A DNA stretch of 64,000 bases, taken from Tubulanus polymorphus. Lineage: Eukaryota > Animalia > Nemertea. Position numbers and translations under genes: made by a program. The stretch spans positions 26,160,345 through 26,224,344 of the forward strand of contig NC_134028.1 of assembly GCF_964204645.1 (NCBI RefSeq). Reading direction: 5' to 3'. Below are positions 12,476 to 36,656 of this stretch, piece after piece (the stretch's first letter is position 1; each line of letters starts with the position of its first letter). The notes under the pieces are model-generated. The model was not told the origin of the DNA. It did not search any database and worked only from the letters and a program-made list of their open reading frames with translations.

Positions 12476-15400
12476 ACTGACCAGATAAACTACCAAACTT
12501 CGTCAATCGCTGCAGTACGCTGTTCTGCCCTTTCCGGGAACATTTTTTTTCAAATGCTTCGCCCACACACAAAACCGTCCCATCAACCTTTAAAATAAAA
12601 GAGGGCATATATTTATGAGTCGTGGCAGATAAATCTTAACAAAAATCCCACCCAGGTGTCCCCAAACTTAGTTTAATGCCTGGAAATTGCACCAAAGAGG
12701 AGTGAATTTTCTAGATGATTTTTCCCGATTGACGTGAATGCTTGTCCGCCCTTTTGTTAAAAGTTGTGCTACCCTCCTTGTTTCTGGTTCGAGCAAGGGA
12801 GTTCGTGCTTAGGGGGTTCGAGGCGACGAAACCGAGTAAATATAGCTACCCTATCAACTAAATATTTCTGTTTTTTCAAGATGTAATTTTGACTAAATTA
12901 TTTTGTTAAGATTTGTAATTTTGATTATCAGTCATACAAGTGTAGTACACACTTTGATTAAGAATAAACTATCATATATACTTAATTATCTTATGATTAA
13001 GATATTTAATTATTATGCGTGGAATTCTTTTAATCGAAACAAAAATAGGTTGAGTCGAACTTTAAGCGCATCAGTAAATACATACATTATATTGATACAA
13101 TCACTATTGGATATAAATGATTTTCCTATATTATAATCCCGTAGCTCATGAATCAATGAATTCGTGAGAGAGATATTTCAGAACATCAAATCACTTTTTA
13201 AGCTCGTTACAAAATCATTAATTTCATCATCACGTTGAAACAAAACACGTCGCTGCAAATAACTAAAATCAGAATCCGATAAGATATCGTAAATCGTTTG
13301 CGTGTGTGTTAAAACAGTGGCTGATTGAAGTGCGGAGACACGAGAATGAAACATTATACCTTTCAACTGCAACGCAATTAAATATCATATTTCAGTGAAA
13401 ATTACACCCTTTAAAGTTGAAAATGACTCTAAACAATATCAAACTAGCAGCGTAACTACACTTAACACGAGTATACGCATACATGTCGTGTGCGTTTATA
13501 GTTCACTCAAGCGAAGTTGAGAACGAATGCTCTTTGAATATCGATAAAACGGTTAGATTGTTTCTTGTGAAAGTTACTTTATTTTTATTAGCCCCTCGTT
13601 TGTACTATATAACAATATCCTCGGGGATACAGGCGTGCCCGAAATACATTGATGAATTTACAGACAGGTCGATAATGACTCCCTGAAATCTTTGAACATT
13701 AAGTTCACTTCGTAATTATTTCCTTCTATCTATTTGATTTGTGAGCGCACAATCTTACAGTGCGTGTTTTGGTCACGGCATCAAGGCTGTAAACAACGAC
13801 ATCAGTAAATTCAAATTAGACCCATAACATTATGCGATGCATTCGATAGATAAATAGTTTCACCAAATCTAACTAAATCACGAAGCAGACTTTCTAATTT
13901 TCGACTACAGAAGTCAATAAATTTCGGGGCCCGATTCCACAGTTTCCACGGATAAGTTCGACGGTCAAAAATCAGTTTATTTCCAATCTCAACAAAATCG
14001 CAACGAATCTACCAATGAATTGGGTCAATCCCTATATTAAGAATTTTATGAATTTTGTCAATTTCATAATTTTTGAGCCAGATCGAGAACAGTGGAACTG
14101 AAGTAACGCGTGGAGGCGTCAGTCTGAACTGTACACGCAGTACGTAGAAGGTACGGGAAGGTCGGTGAATAGAGGTTCACTTCTAAGAGCTAACTGTTCA
14201 GGCGATGAAATAGAAAAAACATATCGCCACGGGTAAGATGAAAGACAATGTAAGATCTAAAGAGAATGGACGACGTGATCAACGCGCAGTGAAAAGCTCA
14301 CATCAAACACGGTGTAATTTAACCAGTCGTTTACGGAGACACGTTACTCACTGTACGATCGGGCATTACTGTTATTTCTATGACGTGTATATTTGTCGAA
14401 CCACGCTCTTCCTGAGCCGCAAATCCTGATCGCAAAACTCGACACCAAATCATTCGCCCGCTTTTATGAAAACGTAAAAGGACACACACATAGCTAAAAA
14501 TCTGTTCTCTTTAAACAAGATATTATTTCATAGGATTGTCTTTTGTTTTCGCCCGGGTGAAATTGTACGCCCTATGTAAGTTGGATGAAACAAAGCTGCC
14601 TTCATCCGGTAATAAGATGACAGATCCGTTCGTTGGATCATGATACAAAGTCCACTAATGGAAAAGACGCGGTGATGTGTAACCCTGCACCCCTCAGATT
14701 ATCGTGACTCTAAGCACGATAGAGTTTAAACCCGTACTTTGAGTAGGTCAATAGTAACCCGTCACATATCGTTGATTTTCTGTATTACATTACATTATTC
14801 TATATATGAAGTTACATATTGTGAATAAAGTCAGATCGTGTTCGGATTCCATCGTTGCGCTCCTTCCTTGTGGTGTCGACGATCACACATGGGCGAACTT
14901 CGGTTTTCGTATCTAGTCGACAAGTGGTCCGAACTAATAACTAGGTCCGAAATAAAGCAACAGTATTCAGAACTTCACCCGAGACATGTTTAATTGAAAA
15001 ATGACGTCAAACATTTTTCAGCACAATATCAAAAACTTATCGTCCACACTTGACACTACATTAGTTATAGTCCGGGATGGGTCGAGGATAGTTCGCTGTG
15101 GATTAGGATTCGTCGAAGATATTTCTATAAAATAGCTAATTACGTAAGAAGGCTAAAATGGAATGATCCATTGCGGTTGGGCGAATTTGCGTGACTTGTC
15201 TTTTCAAGACGAAAGACGGCTGGTATAATCGTGTTAGAAATGTTTCAGTTGATTCTCCGAGAATATTTTCACCGAGCTACGCGTGTGTTAAAGTCGGAAT
15301 AGATTCGCGCATTAAAATTCCATTAAAACGACTGAGACTTCCTGATTTTTAGTTAGTCTGTGACAAGCCATGCTAAGTATGGCCGATGGCACTTTCCAAC

Positions 15401-16888
15401 TATCGCGCGCGGTATGCAATAGAATATCTCATCGAATGTCTGTCTGTTTTTTGATGATGATGGATTCACACTTTTCCTGTGTTCGTAATTAGAATATCAA
15501 ATGTGTCCTGTCTGAGCGTCTCTGTCCTTTTGAATAAGTCTAATTCAATGAATGCTTATTGGGTGGATTCTATTCTTTGATTGTTCGTTACGGATGCGCT
15601 CATCGTGTTGTAAAGGTGCACGGAATGTCAAACTTTACCCGCGAATACGATTGAGTATTTTACAATATGTAGTTGGTCGCTTGCTCTCCGTGGAGAAAAA
15701 TCCCCGGTTCCCTATATCAAGATTCGCTAACCGAAGTTTTGAAGTAGTTTTGAGTGCAATTGTACATTCGTGACTCAAGTCGAAAGGAAGTATTGAATCA
15801 TAAGACGTAGTAGTTGAAGGTTAGCTGTAGAACCAAAATGAGCTTTGACTGGTCTTAAGTTGTCATACTGGTTATAGAACCAACTAAAATGTGCTTAGAT
15901 TAGTCTTTTTAAGTAGTGCCTGAGATAAAAAAAAATTGGTTTCGACTGTTGTTAGGTTGGTTATAGAACCGAGCTTAGACTGGCCTTTTATTACTTGTAA
16001 AACGATAAGTATTGACTGTTGGTTCCTGGGGAAATGAGCAGCAAGATGAAAGCTGAAACCGAAAACCAATAACAGACATCACTGCAGAAGGTAGATATAA
16101 TCGCTATCAGATTCAGAATTCCGGTTCCGGTGCGGATGAGATTAGATGGTAATTAATGATAGTTCGTGCGCTACTTTCATCACCAAATGAGGAAACATTA
16201 AATATAACGATTTGTATAATTAATGGCACCGTCTCAAGAGAAACACGGCCCACTCTGACTCCAGTTACAGTCACCGCGATTCTTAAATGTCTCCTCTATA
16301 TAGTTCCGTTGGATAGCGCGTCATCTGGGCATTCAATGTGACAAGGGACAAACGAACGCCCACCATTTTTTCCGGAAAAAATATTTTTCAAACATATTCC
16401 TTGAATCTTGGGTCCTTGACTTCAACTCGAATCAACCGATCAATTTGAACCAGTTCCACAAAAAATAAAATCATAATTGAATAACTAATTAAAATACATA
16501 TATTTACACGATTCAATCGTACACAACATAAATTAATATAATATATTACATTAATACAATCTGTTATATTACTACTGATGAGATTTATGTTGTATTTTCA
16601 TTACAAAATAAGAACAGTTTCTATTCTATCGATTGGATAATTCTTTTCTTTTCAAAATGATAGAAATTAAGTACATTGAATGCACATTGACAATAATAGC
16701 GCGACACCTTATCCGAATTGAGAATCATGATAATTAAAGGCGTTCCTCAATGAATCAAATTCTCTGATTTAACCGAGTAAAGAGGAGTCGACTGTAATAA
16801 GAATTCTGCACATTATGAATGAGTAGTTCTCTAATCTATTATTAGCACAGTTTTTTTAATGAGTCCTATCTATTGATCCGTCTGTCGG

Positions 16889-22705
<5,817 letters not shown>

Positions 22706-23609
22706 TCTACAAATACATTTATACCAGTTGTTGCTCAGTCGTGGTGTAATTACAACAATGAACATAATATTGAAGCTGGGAATTTCATCATATACGGCAA
22801 TCATTTACCATCGCAAAGAAGGCCATAGGCATAAGTTTGATGTCCTTGTGAAGAACGACATAAATCATTCTTTCTAAGGGTGCTTCCATAAAAATTCAAA
22901 AGTCATACGGCTACTAAATGGGATGTCTTCTTTTGTACATGGTTTTATTTAGCACTTTTAATTAACCCTGATTTTATTATTATTATGGATGGCAGCGTCA
23001 GGGCTGTTGATTCAGACTTCTCGGCTGAGAAAAAAAAGCCGCTTGATGTTTCACTAGTATTGATGTTAATCCTTTCATTTCGTCGGATGTGACATCGCCG
23101 GATTAAACTCGGGAGAAATTCTTTACTTTATTCGTCTCGTAATTCACTGAATTGAATTGGATTTATCATTATCAGCAACATAAAATAAAAAGAAACGAAC
23201 CTCCTATCTGAGCAAAAACATACTCTTCTGATGTGTCTCAATAATGGTCACAATAGCGACAAGTTTATAGTCATTTCAGTCGTTTCAATCCAGTAAAATC
23301 GGCTTAAATTCAATCTTCGAATTATATTTGAGCAATAAATTGACGAATTTGTATTTATGAATATGGACTGGGATCTGGGAACAAACACCGATTTTGTCTA
23401 GATTAGATTCGAATTGGTTCGAATCCCGATATATTGAATTTATTCAGACTTTTTCAAGCTTTACCATTAATAATCTAAGCGTCACAATCATACCAAAGTA
23501 GAGCATTGTTTTAATTTCATAAGTCCGCTACTCCTAAGTTGTATGAATGTAATTAGAATAAAGTCAATAGTGAGTTAGATTTGATCCCCTGTCGAAAAAC
23601 CGACATTCA

Positions 23610-23617
23610 CCCTTTTA
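23610..23617 (+). promoter_or_regulatory. TCT core promoter / 5'TOP-like start site of RPS24, in a promoter region divergent from PARG
   Basis: Pyrimidine run cccTTTT about 30 nt upstream of the RPS24 ATG, as expected for ribosomal protein genes. Confidence 0.5.
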
Positions 23618-23642
23618 GCATCCATATTGGAATACCTACAAG

Positions 23643-25460
23643 ATGGTGAGCTATATTTCCGGCTTTAAATATCGCCTTTCATCCACTATTTAGACTTTTC
23701 TTTTCATGTGGAAAATCTCTTAATAGAAACAATAATTCATAATAGTCACTTTAAGACGTTCACATGTTTCTTAATCCGGTTTTAACTCGAGTAAAATTAC
23801 CCGTAAAGTTACGTGGTCCCCATCCTTCTTCGACATCACTTCCTATAATTTGATTCGTAAGATTTTAATTCGACGATGTTTTGTTTCAGGCTGAATCGAC
23901 AGCGACTCTTCGCACCAGAAAGTACATGTCCAACCGCCTGCTGTCCAGGAAACAGATGGTAAATTATTTACATATTTCAAATCGTAAAATGAAGTCGAAT
24001 TGATGCTGAAAGATTCAATTCAATGTCAATGATGTAAAAATATCCGATATAGGGCTATAATATAAGCAGCTCAATACAACGCAGATGACAAACTATGTAA
24101 AGCTTATCAATGGAATGCAAGATCGTATTTTTAAAATCAGCAAAGTATTGCTTGACATAGTCATAGTTAGCCACTGACATTGACAAGTCGGGGAATTTTC
24201 ATTGAAATGTCTGGGAATTTTGCAAGAAAAAAAGCTATAAGTCGGGGGAAAAAGTGGCCATCCCGATTATATCATTGATTTATTTTCGGTAAATTCAGTA
24301 GATAAATGTTACATTTGATGTATATTTATAGGTGGTTGATGTGTTACATCCTGGACGATCGACCGTACCGAAAACTGAGATCCGTGAGAAACTCGCTCGC
24401 ATGTATAAAACCACCCCCGACGTCGTCTTCGCGTTCGGCTTCAAGACGAAATTCGGCGGCGGACGAACAACTGGATTCGCTCTCATTTATGAAAGTTTAG
24501 ATTTAGCGAAGAAGTTCGAACCGAAATACCGATTGGCGAGAGTAAGTTTGATTCATATTTCAGTGTGTGTGTACACCGCAGTACGGTGTATAAATCGGTG
24601 TTTGGCTTCGCTAGTACATTGCATCGATGTGTATTGATGTTATTAGTAATAAATAGGTTGTTATCAGTATTTTAGTGAGAAATTTGAGCAACTAACAATA
24701 GCAACAAAGACAAACAAACTCCTGGGCTGGGTTTCATAGACTTGGAATGAAAATAGTCCCTGGGAATATTTTGAAATTTGTCAGTTATAACCATGGTTTC
24801 TCATTGTAACTATGGTGGTTGTCACTCAGATTGAGGATTTACCCCCTAGGGATAACTTTGGTACTGAGTCTATGAAACCGGGCCCTGGAGTGGAATTTTT
24901 AAACAATTTCTAATTATCTCCAGCACTGTGCAGTGAAAGGGTTAAGAGAAGTTTATTTTAGTTCATTTTCAATTGAAAATGTTGTGGGTGATGTTCTATT
25001 CGCATCTGAAGTACGATCGAAAGATATCCTTTATAACGCCGCAGTTAGGACCGATGAAAAACAAAGCGTTATAACGAATTAAGCAGCATTATGTGAATGA
25101 AGAAGGAATGGTATTTCCATTGAATTTAATTGAGTTAAAATTAGCAAATTCGTTCTCTGAGAAATTATGTTGGCTTAAAAGTGAGCAGTGGATGGCATCG
25201 TTATAACGGAAATAGACTGTTGTGACGAAGTAGGAAATATCTAAGGGGTTGTAGGGTCCAGGCTTCAGGCCTGGTGTAACCTGCATGAATACAGTGAATA
25301 AATAACTCTGAATTGATTAATTATGTGATTAATATTACAGCACGGAATAGAGGTTGAGAAACCGAAGGGTTCGAGCAAACAGAGAAAGGAGTTGAAGAAC
25401 CGAAGGAAGAAGGTCCGAGGTACGGCCAAGTCTAAGATCGGTTCCAGTGGCAAGAAATAA
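23643..25460 (+). CDS. RPS24: 40S ribosomal protein S24 (eS24)
   Basis: Exons: 23643-23645 (ATG|gtgag), 23890-23958 ([23 protein letters not shown]), 24332-24541 (VVDVLHPGR...[19 protein letters not shown]...EPKYRLAR) and 25341-25460 ([30 protein letters not shown]...KK*). AATAAA near 25503. Confidence 0.97.
24725..24884. mobile_element. PIF/Harbinger-like MITE in RPS24 intron 3
   Basis: TIRs GGCTGGGTTTCATAGACT and AGTCTATGAAACCGGGCC, flanked by CTG on both sides (a 3-bp CWG-type TSD). Confidence 0.7.
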
Positions 25461-25921
25461 TCCAACGGTTCTGAATGTTACATTTGTAAAATACGTATAA
25501 AAAATAAATACCTGAACAAGTGGAATTTTCTGTGTTGTTTCTGTTGAGAGGATTTATTTACAAGTTTAACTGCTGGACCAGAATTGTTTGAAAAGCAACC
25601 ACGGATGTGTTAAGTCTAGAAGATCTTGAGGCATAACTAGAATTTATGGAAACTGCTGGTCAAATCCAACCGGACAGAATTTTCTGGGATAAGCAAAGAG
25701 GCTACCTGTAAGTGATAAGCACTAAGCAGGTCTCCTTGCCAGGGGTCCGGTATCGCTCACGAACTCGAGGAACAGCTTTAGCGTAGTGGGTTCGAATCCC
25801 TTGATGTGTGAAGATGGCCTGACTGGCAACAAAATTGAGTGACTATCGACCGTCTAGTGCTGCCGAAAATTACGGCAAAAAGTGGAACTAACGCAGAAGT
25901 CGGTCATGTGGTTTGTTCAAA

Positions 25922-30296
<4,375 letters not shown>

Positions 30297-31628
30297 TTAG
30301 TTTATAGACTTGTGCGACAAGAATCTTGTGTTTTTATAGTCATTGTAATAAATGAAATTTAATACAAAAAGTCGCGCAAAGTTCTCAATGGTGTCTGCTA
30401 GAAAGTCTTGAAGAGTTTCAATCTTTTCTGAAGTTCGTTGTAACAAGGTTCAACTGCAGCCAGCCAGCATCCCGTCGACCAGGATACACACGATGAAAGT
30501 GCATCTCAATGAAATCTATTAAATGAGCCACAAAATATTCAACGAAGACAAAAAAACTGTAATTATAGTGGAAAACATGTATATTTTAACACGACTCGAG
30601 AGGGACTGACATCAGTCTTATTTACAATACAACGAACACAGCTCTTAAAGCTACATTTCGATTCAGAGCTGTTGCTGATGATGATGGCAATGAGACCTGT
30701 CATTTTGACGAGTCTAAATTGAATAAACTACAAACACACTTTTCAGGCATCATCCATTCACAGTAAATGATAATAGTTAACTTAAGAGCAATGAAAGATT
30801 CGAGATTAAAAAATCCAGGATCAGATTACAGGTTTGGAATTGAAATATGACTCTAGAGGAGTCAACCTTAACAAATCTAAGGAAATGGGTGCGGTATTTG
30901 GTTTTTCAGATAGTTTGGAAATTTAATCAGTCGGCTTTAGCCATGGTTTCAACAGTAACAAGAATTAAATGCCCAAATATTTTATTATATTGCCTGGTTC
31001 GTTATTTTGCCCCGGAAGGTATCCTAAATGGGGGCCAAAAAGTAGACTAACACCAACTTTACTGTATTTGTTGCGACCACTAGCTGAGGTGAACTACAGT
31101 AAAACCTTAAGTTCACCACGAACAAGAAAGTTAGCACCGAGCGCCTTATTCACGTGCACCCTATAAATTACTGGTTTTATTCTAGTCTTTAAAGAATTCA
31201 TGGGATGATTTCGAATTTGAATCTTTTTTTTCTAAACCCGACAATAGATAACTTTTTTCTTGCGTTGATATATTTACCATTACTATTTCGGAATAAATTA
31301 AATAAATAACGTAAAATATATTTTGATATTTAATAGTTATTTTTATGAAGTGTGTTGTTTCCCTGTTGTATCAGAAGCTGCCATAAATCACGACCCCCAG
31401 ACATACATCAACATGAGTACCGCACCAGACAATCACTGTGATTGTGTGTGACGATCACTGCGATTGTGCGATGACGTTTTCAATTTTTAAACTTTTTATC
31501 AAGATTTTCTATAATTTATTCTTTTTAATATAAAAATTGCTATAATACACCGACTGTATAAATTAAAGAGAGAATTCTTCCTTAAATATTTTGTTTCTTT
31601 TTTTTTTGCGGTTATGTTTTTTTTTTCA

Positions 31629-34251
31629 TCATAATCTCTTCAACGTTTTTTTCTTATCTTTTTTCTTTTTTTCGATGAGTTTTTTATCGCCGGCGTGTTT
31701 CTTCGCCATCGGACCTTCGCAACATTTTTCCGTCAGCGACGACGAGGTCGAGGTTGACGCGGAGACATTATCAGGTGAATTCGATTGCCTGAAATATTTC
31801 AAATACATCTCTATCTGACATTTCATAGAACAGGTACCAGTAATTTTGAAGAGAACAGTAGACTACGCCTGTAGCTTTAGCGCTGGGCCTGACAGGATGT
31901 TACCGGTATAGACTAATACCACTAATAAATTTGTTCACATCGATAAACAGGGTCCCTTAGTACGGATGAGTCATTCCTTGATTTAAGGAGTTTTCAAGGA
32001 GAATTTCAAATTTTGAGGAATTGTCTACATCACTTTCATATCCTAATTACTGTAGACTTTTCCTAAATCGGCACTGTTTATCTCGGTAAACCATGAATTC
32101 AGAGGTTTTGTAAATAAATTACACCACTAAACCCGGTTTCTAATTCAGTAACCGCCATATTGGGCAATGAAAAGATCCTGGTCCAAACTGTACTGATTTA
32201 GCGTAATCTACAACCACAAACATTTCTAGTTGCATATTTCTCAAAATTGAAAGAGTTTCATAGGAATTTTGGGCATTATGCTCAGATTACAGGAGTTTCA
32301 AGCACATTTAAACACAGTTTCTATTTAGGAGTTGTTAAGGAATCAAGGAGTTGTAGGAACCCTGTAAACAGTAAGGACAGGAAATCATTCTATTATTCCT
32401 ACCGAAGTGGTTTAGCGTGTATTTCCGTGTACATTTTCGCTCGTTGCGAATAATCGTCATATTTTTCTTGCAACAGTTTTCCGGCCTCTTCGTTCAACGC
32501 CGATTCAGGATTTGGGACGATCAACAAACATTTCACAGTCTGTAGAAATATCGAATTAAATAAAACCGACATCATAAATCTGAGTTATCAAAGTTAGGGA
32601 GAAAAACCTATAATATTTCCTCTGATCTAAACCTACCAATAATATATGCTTTATTCCCAGATCTGCCTTCCAATCTTTTTTCAAAGTGTTCACGCAAATT
32701 TCACCGTTTTTCGACACGTTTGGATGGAATATTTTTGTTACGAAAAAACCTTTCGGAGGCTCGGCGGGGAAGTTCTTCCCCAAGACTAGTTTCATACGAA
32801 AATGTCCGCCAGCATACGGGGTTCCAGCTGCAATCAAAATAAACATTCTTTCATTCTATTCATCTTGAGACAATCAATTACAGAACCACGAACTACAAAC
32901 ATCTGCGGGCAGGTCCAAGCTGAATAGGGGGTGCGGGGTCCAGTAGTATCCACAGCATAGGCCCTATGTAGAGCATCATAGATCAGTGGAAACAACCACT
33001 AGGCCTACCACAAGACTGAGTGAATGTTGAAGGGGATGCAGGGTCCAGGCTGATGGGCGATTCAGTGTCTGTAAGGTAGGGTGCAGAATTCGACTTGAGG
33101 TGATGCAGGGTCCAGGGCTGAGGCGGTGGTAGAGTAAAGGCTGAGGGGGGATGAAGAGTCCACGCTGAGGGGGGACCAGAGTCCAGGCTGAGGGGGGATG
33201 AAGAGTCCAGGTTGAGGGGGGATGAAGAGTAAAGGCTGAGGGGGGATGAAGAGTCCAGGCTGAGGGGGGATGAAGAGTCCAGGCTGAGGGGGGATGAAGA
33301 GTCCAGGCTGAGGCGGTGGTAGAGTCCAGGCTGAGGGGGTTCATTGACTCACCAGGTCCATCGATTGTAGCTTGAATATCAGTAATATCTTCATCATTAA
33401 ACGATATTTTGATACCCTCTGGAGGATCGTTCGTCAACTCTTGTAACTCTTTCACAATTCGGCGAATTATTTGAGGTGAAAAATTTTCAACATTACTCTG
33501 AAAAATACGAAACACATAATTGCCATGAGTCGTGGCCTTGACCTCACGGGGTCATCGTGTAACGCTGGCGGTACAAAACAAAATCAAAGCTCTTCCCCAG
33601 TCACGTATAGAATTACATTTCATACGCTAGAATAAAAGATAAAAGGGATAGAGCTTTTTTTTGGTTTTGCATTCCAGACCAAGCTTTCATCATGTACAGC
33701 TCCTTAAAATACAGTTTAAAATGGACTAAAAATCAAAGTTATAGGTCAACTGCCAGTCAGTCCTCTCTGGTCCTAAGACTTCAATCAGGTATGCACTACA
33801 AAAAAAATGAATGAGCTAGGCCACCTGATGTGCTCTCAAGCAAAGTTGAAATAGACATTTGAAATTATTCTGGGGGGTCACTGAACTCCTATAACCAAAA
33901 GACGAGAGAGAGAGAGCGAGAGGGGTCATTTTCAAAATAATTGACAAATCGGAGTCCCATTACATTACTATTAGATTATATGAACGCACAGCGGTGATGT
34001 TGAATTGCTGGGGTTTGAAGGGTAGCCACACAACTGATCAAAGGCCTATTTGATGATAAGCCCCTATAGCTAATAGGTCGGGTCTGTGTGTGTGTGTGCC
34101 TGTGGTACAAAAAATCTCAAGTATGATGAGTGTATGACAGAGAATTTAAAATCGAAAGAAAGGGATTCCCCGCAGTTTTAGTCAAGTATTCCGTTAATCT
34201 GGCCGAGTTGATCGAGTCATTCCGATAGCTATCGATACTCACCGTGGACAT
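31629..34251 (-). CDS. UBE2S: Ubiquitin-conjugating enzyme E2 S
   Basis: Exons: 34243-34251 (MST), ~33353-33497 ([12 protein letters not shown]...DPPEGIK), ~32637-32827 (GTPYAGG...[22 protein letters not shown], catalytic Cys), ~32403-32539 ([20 protein letters not shown]) and 31629-31788, which ends in the diagnostic [13 protein letters not shown] tail. Confidence 0.96.
33100..33340. repeat. G-rich 24-bp minisatellite in UBE2S intron 2
   Basis: (GAGTCCAGGCTGAGGGGGGATGAA)n, about 9 variably degenerate copies starting right next to the splice donor. Confidence 0.9.
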
Positions 34252-34383
34252 CTCCTGTTTTGAAGCCGAAATTCCAACCAGAATAAGATGAAAAATAGAG
34301 GTTTATCGCCACGAAATTCGACTCAATCCGCGCAACAAATTCGATGGCGTCGATCGTGAATCATGGGAATCCCGACGTTTGAG

Positions 34384-34455
34384 CCAATCAGGGAGCGCGG
34401 TTTATTTGAATAGTTTCGGCCGCTGGCACGCGGGGATCTTCCGCGTTTGTAAACA
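34384..34455. promoter_or_regulatory. CCAAT box, CDE/CHR and forkhead-like site in the UBE2S/ARL6IP1 divergent promoter
   Basis: CCAAT at 34384-34388, CGCGG at 34396-34400, a 4-nt spacer, TTTGAA at 34405-34410 and GTAAACA at 34449-34455. Confidence 0.65.
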
Positions 34456-34761
34456 ACCCACTAGAAAAGCGAGACATTTTACACCACACCTTATTTTAAT
34501 TCAATCTTATAATTTATGATTTTAAATCATTTGCAAATTTACAGTAGCATACTGCGTCGCAAGCTTATTCAATTCTGAGCGACTGTTCCTTTAAGGTGAT
34601 GAGCCATCTCCAGCGTTTTGTTTTACAATATTTTGTATCTACATGTACTTCTCCTTATTTTGGAATTATTTCATGAATTATTATTTGAAATGGATTCATC
34701 TATGTCTACAGGGATTCTACGTTCCTTCGTTTAAAACACCTCACTTTCACAGGGAATCAAG

Positions 34762-36656
34762 ATGGCCGAATTTCAAGAAACTGACATCGATCGTTACACA
34801 GAGGAAGAGGTAAAAACACTCTTAAAATAACCGAAATTTCTCGGGAACAATTTTCTGTCGAAAGAGATTAATTATATCTATATTTTGCATGAAAGTTAGC
34901 GTGCAATAACCCGCAGAATCACAATAAAATAGACTGTAAAAACATCAATTCAATTACAAATAAATTGAATCGCTTGTTTATTGAGTTTCCAATCGAGCTT
35001 GTGGATATACTCTCTCTGAAGATAGACAGAGATTCCCTTTCTCAAATTTCGGATTATTTAACTAGTTTGATTAGTATATGAATTATTCATAAGATCTTTG
35101 ATTAGATCAATTAGAAAAATAATATATTATAGTTAAAATCTAATTGACGGACGCCTCGTTACTACACAGACAGCCATTGATTTGAATTCAACCATAATTT
35201 AAATTTAGAATACACTATGTTTCATGATTCACCGTCGACTACTATGTTGAAAAAAAATTACCCCAAATATATATACAAATTAGGAAGAAGTTTAATCAAT
35301 AAAACTTCCTACTTTCTACAACTGCGTTGATATTTCTCTATTACTAACAGAATGATTTGGTTGCTAAAATAAAGAAAGAACTGGAGGGCTGGAGAGAGGT
35401 TCTGTTACCTATAAATAAAGTACTGACCTGGGAGAAACCTCCGTATCCAGTAATACTCGTCTCTGGAATCACTTTCATATTCTTGTAAGTATTTATCAAT
35501 CCTTTAATGAGCGAACCCCTGACACTCTTCAGGGTGGCCACTGACATCAGGGAATCAGAACAATCTAGAAAATATCGGGGAAAATTTGACAGATTTTGTT
35601 GTATGCAGTAAACCTCGGATTTACTCGGGGAATGAGTGGCGCCACTCTGTTCATTTTCTACTGCTATCATTTGAAAATGATATGAGATTTGAATCGGGAC
35701 TTAATTCAATGAAAATGAATTATAGTGTTAACTCAAACTCCACTGTGGAACTGGATCCCACACATCCACTTCTGACTATTGAAGTTAATTGACGTGTTTT
35801 ATCTGTACTGTTTCAGTCTGATTTGGTATTTCGATCCGTCAGTATTAACGACATTCTCGTTACTGGGACTGATTATTTCACTGGTTGATTATCTCGTGCC
35901 GACCATAGCTTCGAGTTTGTTTAAATCGGACAATTGGTAAGTAACAGGGTTAGATGACTCGCGCTTTGATTTGCTTTTAAAACCAGCGAATAAATGGTTT
36001 ACCGAGATAAACAGTAGGACCACTGATTTATGAGGGGTCTACTATAATTGGGATATAAAAGTGATGCCTATATCCAGGAACAACTAATCTATAGGGAGCC
36101 TGTGACATAATAAGAAGTTGCTGATCCGTTTTTCAGGACTGTCGTTCAGGAAAAAGAATTCGAAAACATTTGTATTCGAATTCACAACGCGAAAGTTCAC
36201 ATTCAGAATCTGCGAACTCAGATTTTCAACTTGAAAACTGAGAAACCGAAAACGGTGAGTACAGACAACGGCGTTTTAATTCCAAGTCTTTCCATCTTAC
36301 TCCTAACATTCATTGATAATCACGTGTTTTATTTTCAGTATTTTATTGCTGTCGTTATCACACTGCTCGTGACTGCTTACATTGGAAATTTAATCGACAA
36401 TTTGTTGCTGACATACTTGATCGGTAAGAGCAAAAATATCCCTCAAAAAGTTCTCCCAGTGTTTCAGAGAATTTTTCATGTACGGCATAAAAGTTTCGCA
36501 CCCTGTTTATACATTGAATTGTTTATTGCAGTTGTATTCTTGGTTCTATTGCCCGGCTTGCGACACCACGGAATCATTCAGAAATACACGTCGACATTGA
36601 CCTCAAAAGTGAAAGAGTTCATACAAAGCAAAACGAAAAAAGCGAAGAAGAATTAA
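34762..36656 (+). CDS. ARL6IP1: ADP-ribosylation factor-like 6 interacting protein 1 (ER-shaping protein)
   Basis: Exons: 34762-34809, 35351-35484 (ELEGWREVLLPINKVLTWEKP), 35817-35936 (LIWYFDPSVLT...LVDYLVP), 36137-36254, 36339-36423 (IGNLIDNLLLTYL) and 36532-36656 (LLPGLRHHGII...KKAKKN*, a dilysine ER-retrieval tail). Confidence 0.92.

Noticed and set aside
12155-12598. His/Cys repeat protein (VTSHHTCL)n
   Set aside because: The ORF arises from a 24-bp tandem repeat that is open on both strands, with no gene structure.
32976-33352. (SAWTLHPP)n extension of UBE2S
   Set aside because: Read-through past the gtgagt donor into an intronic repeat.
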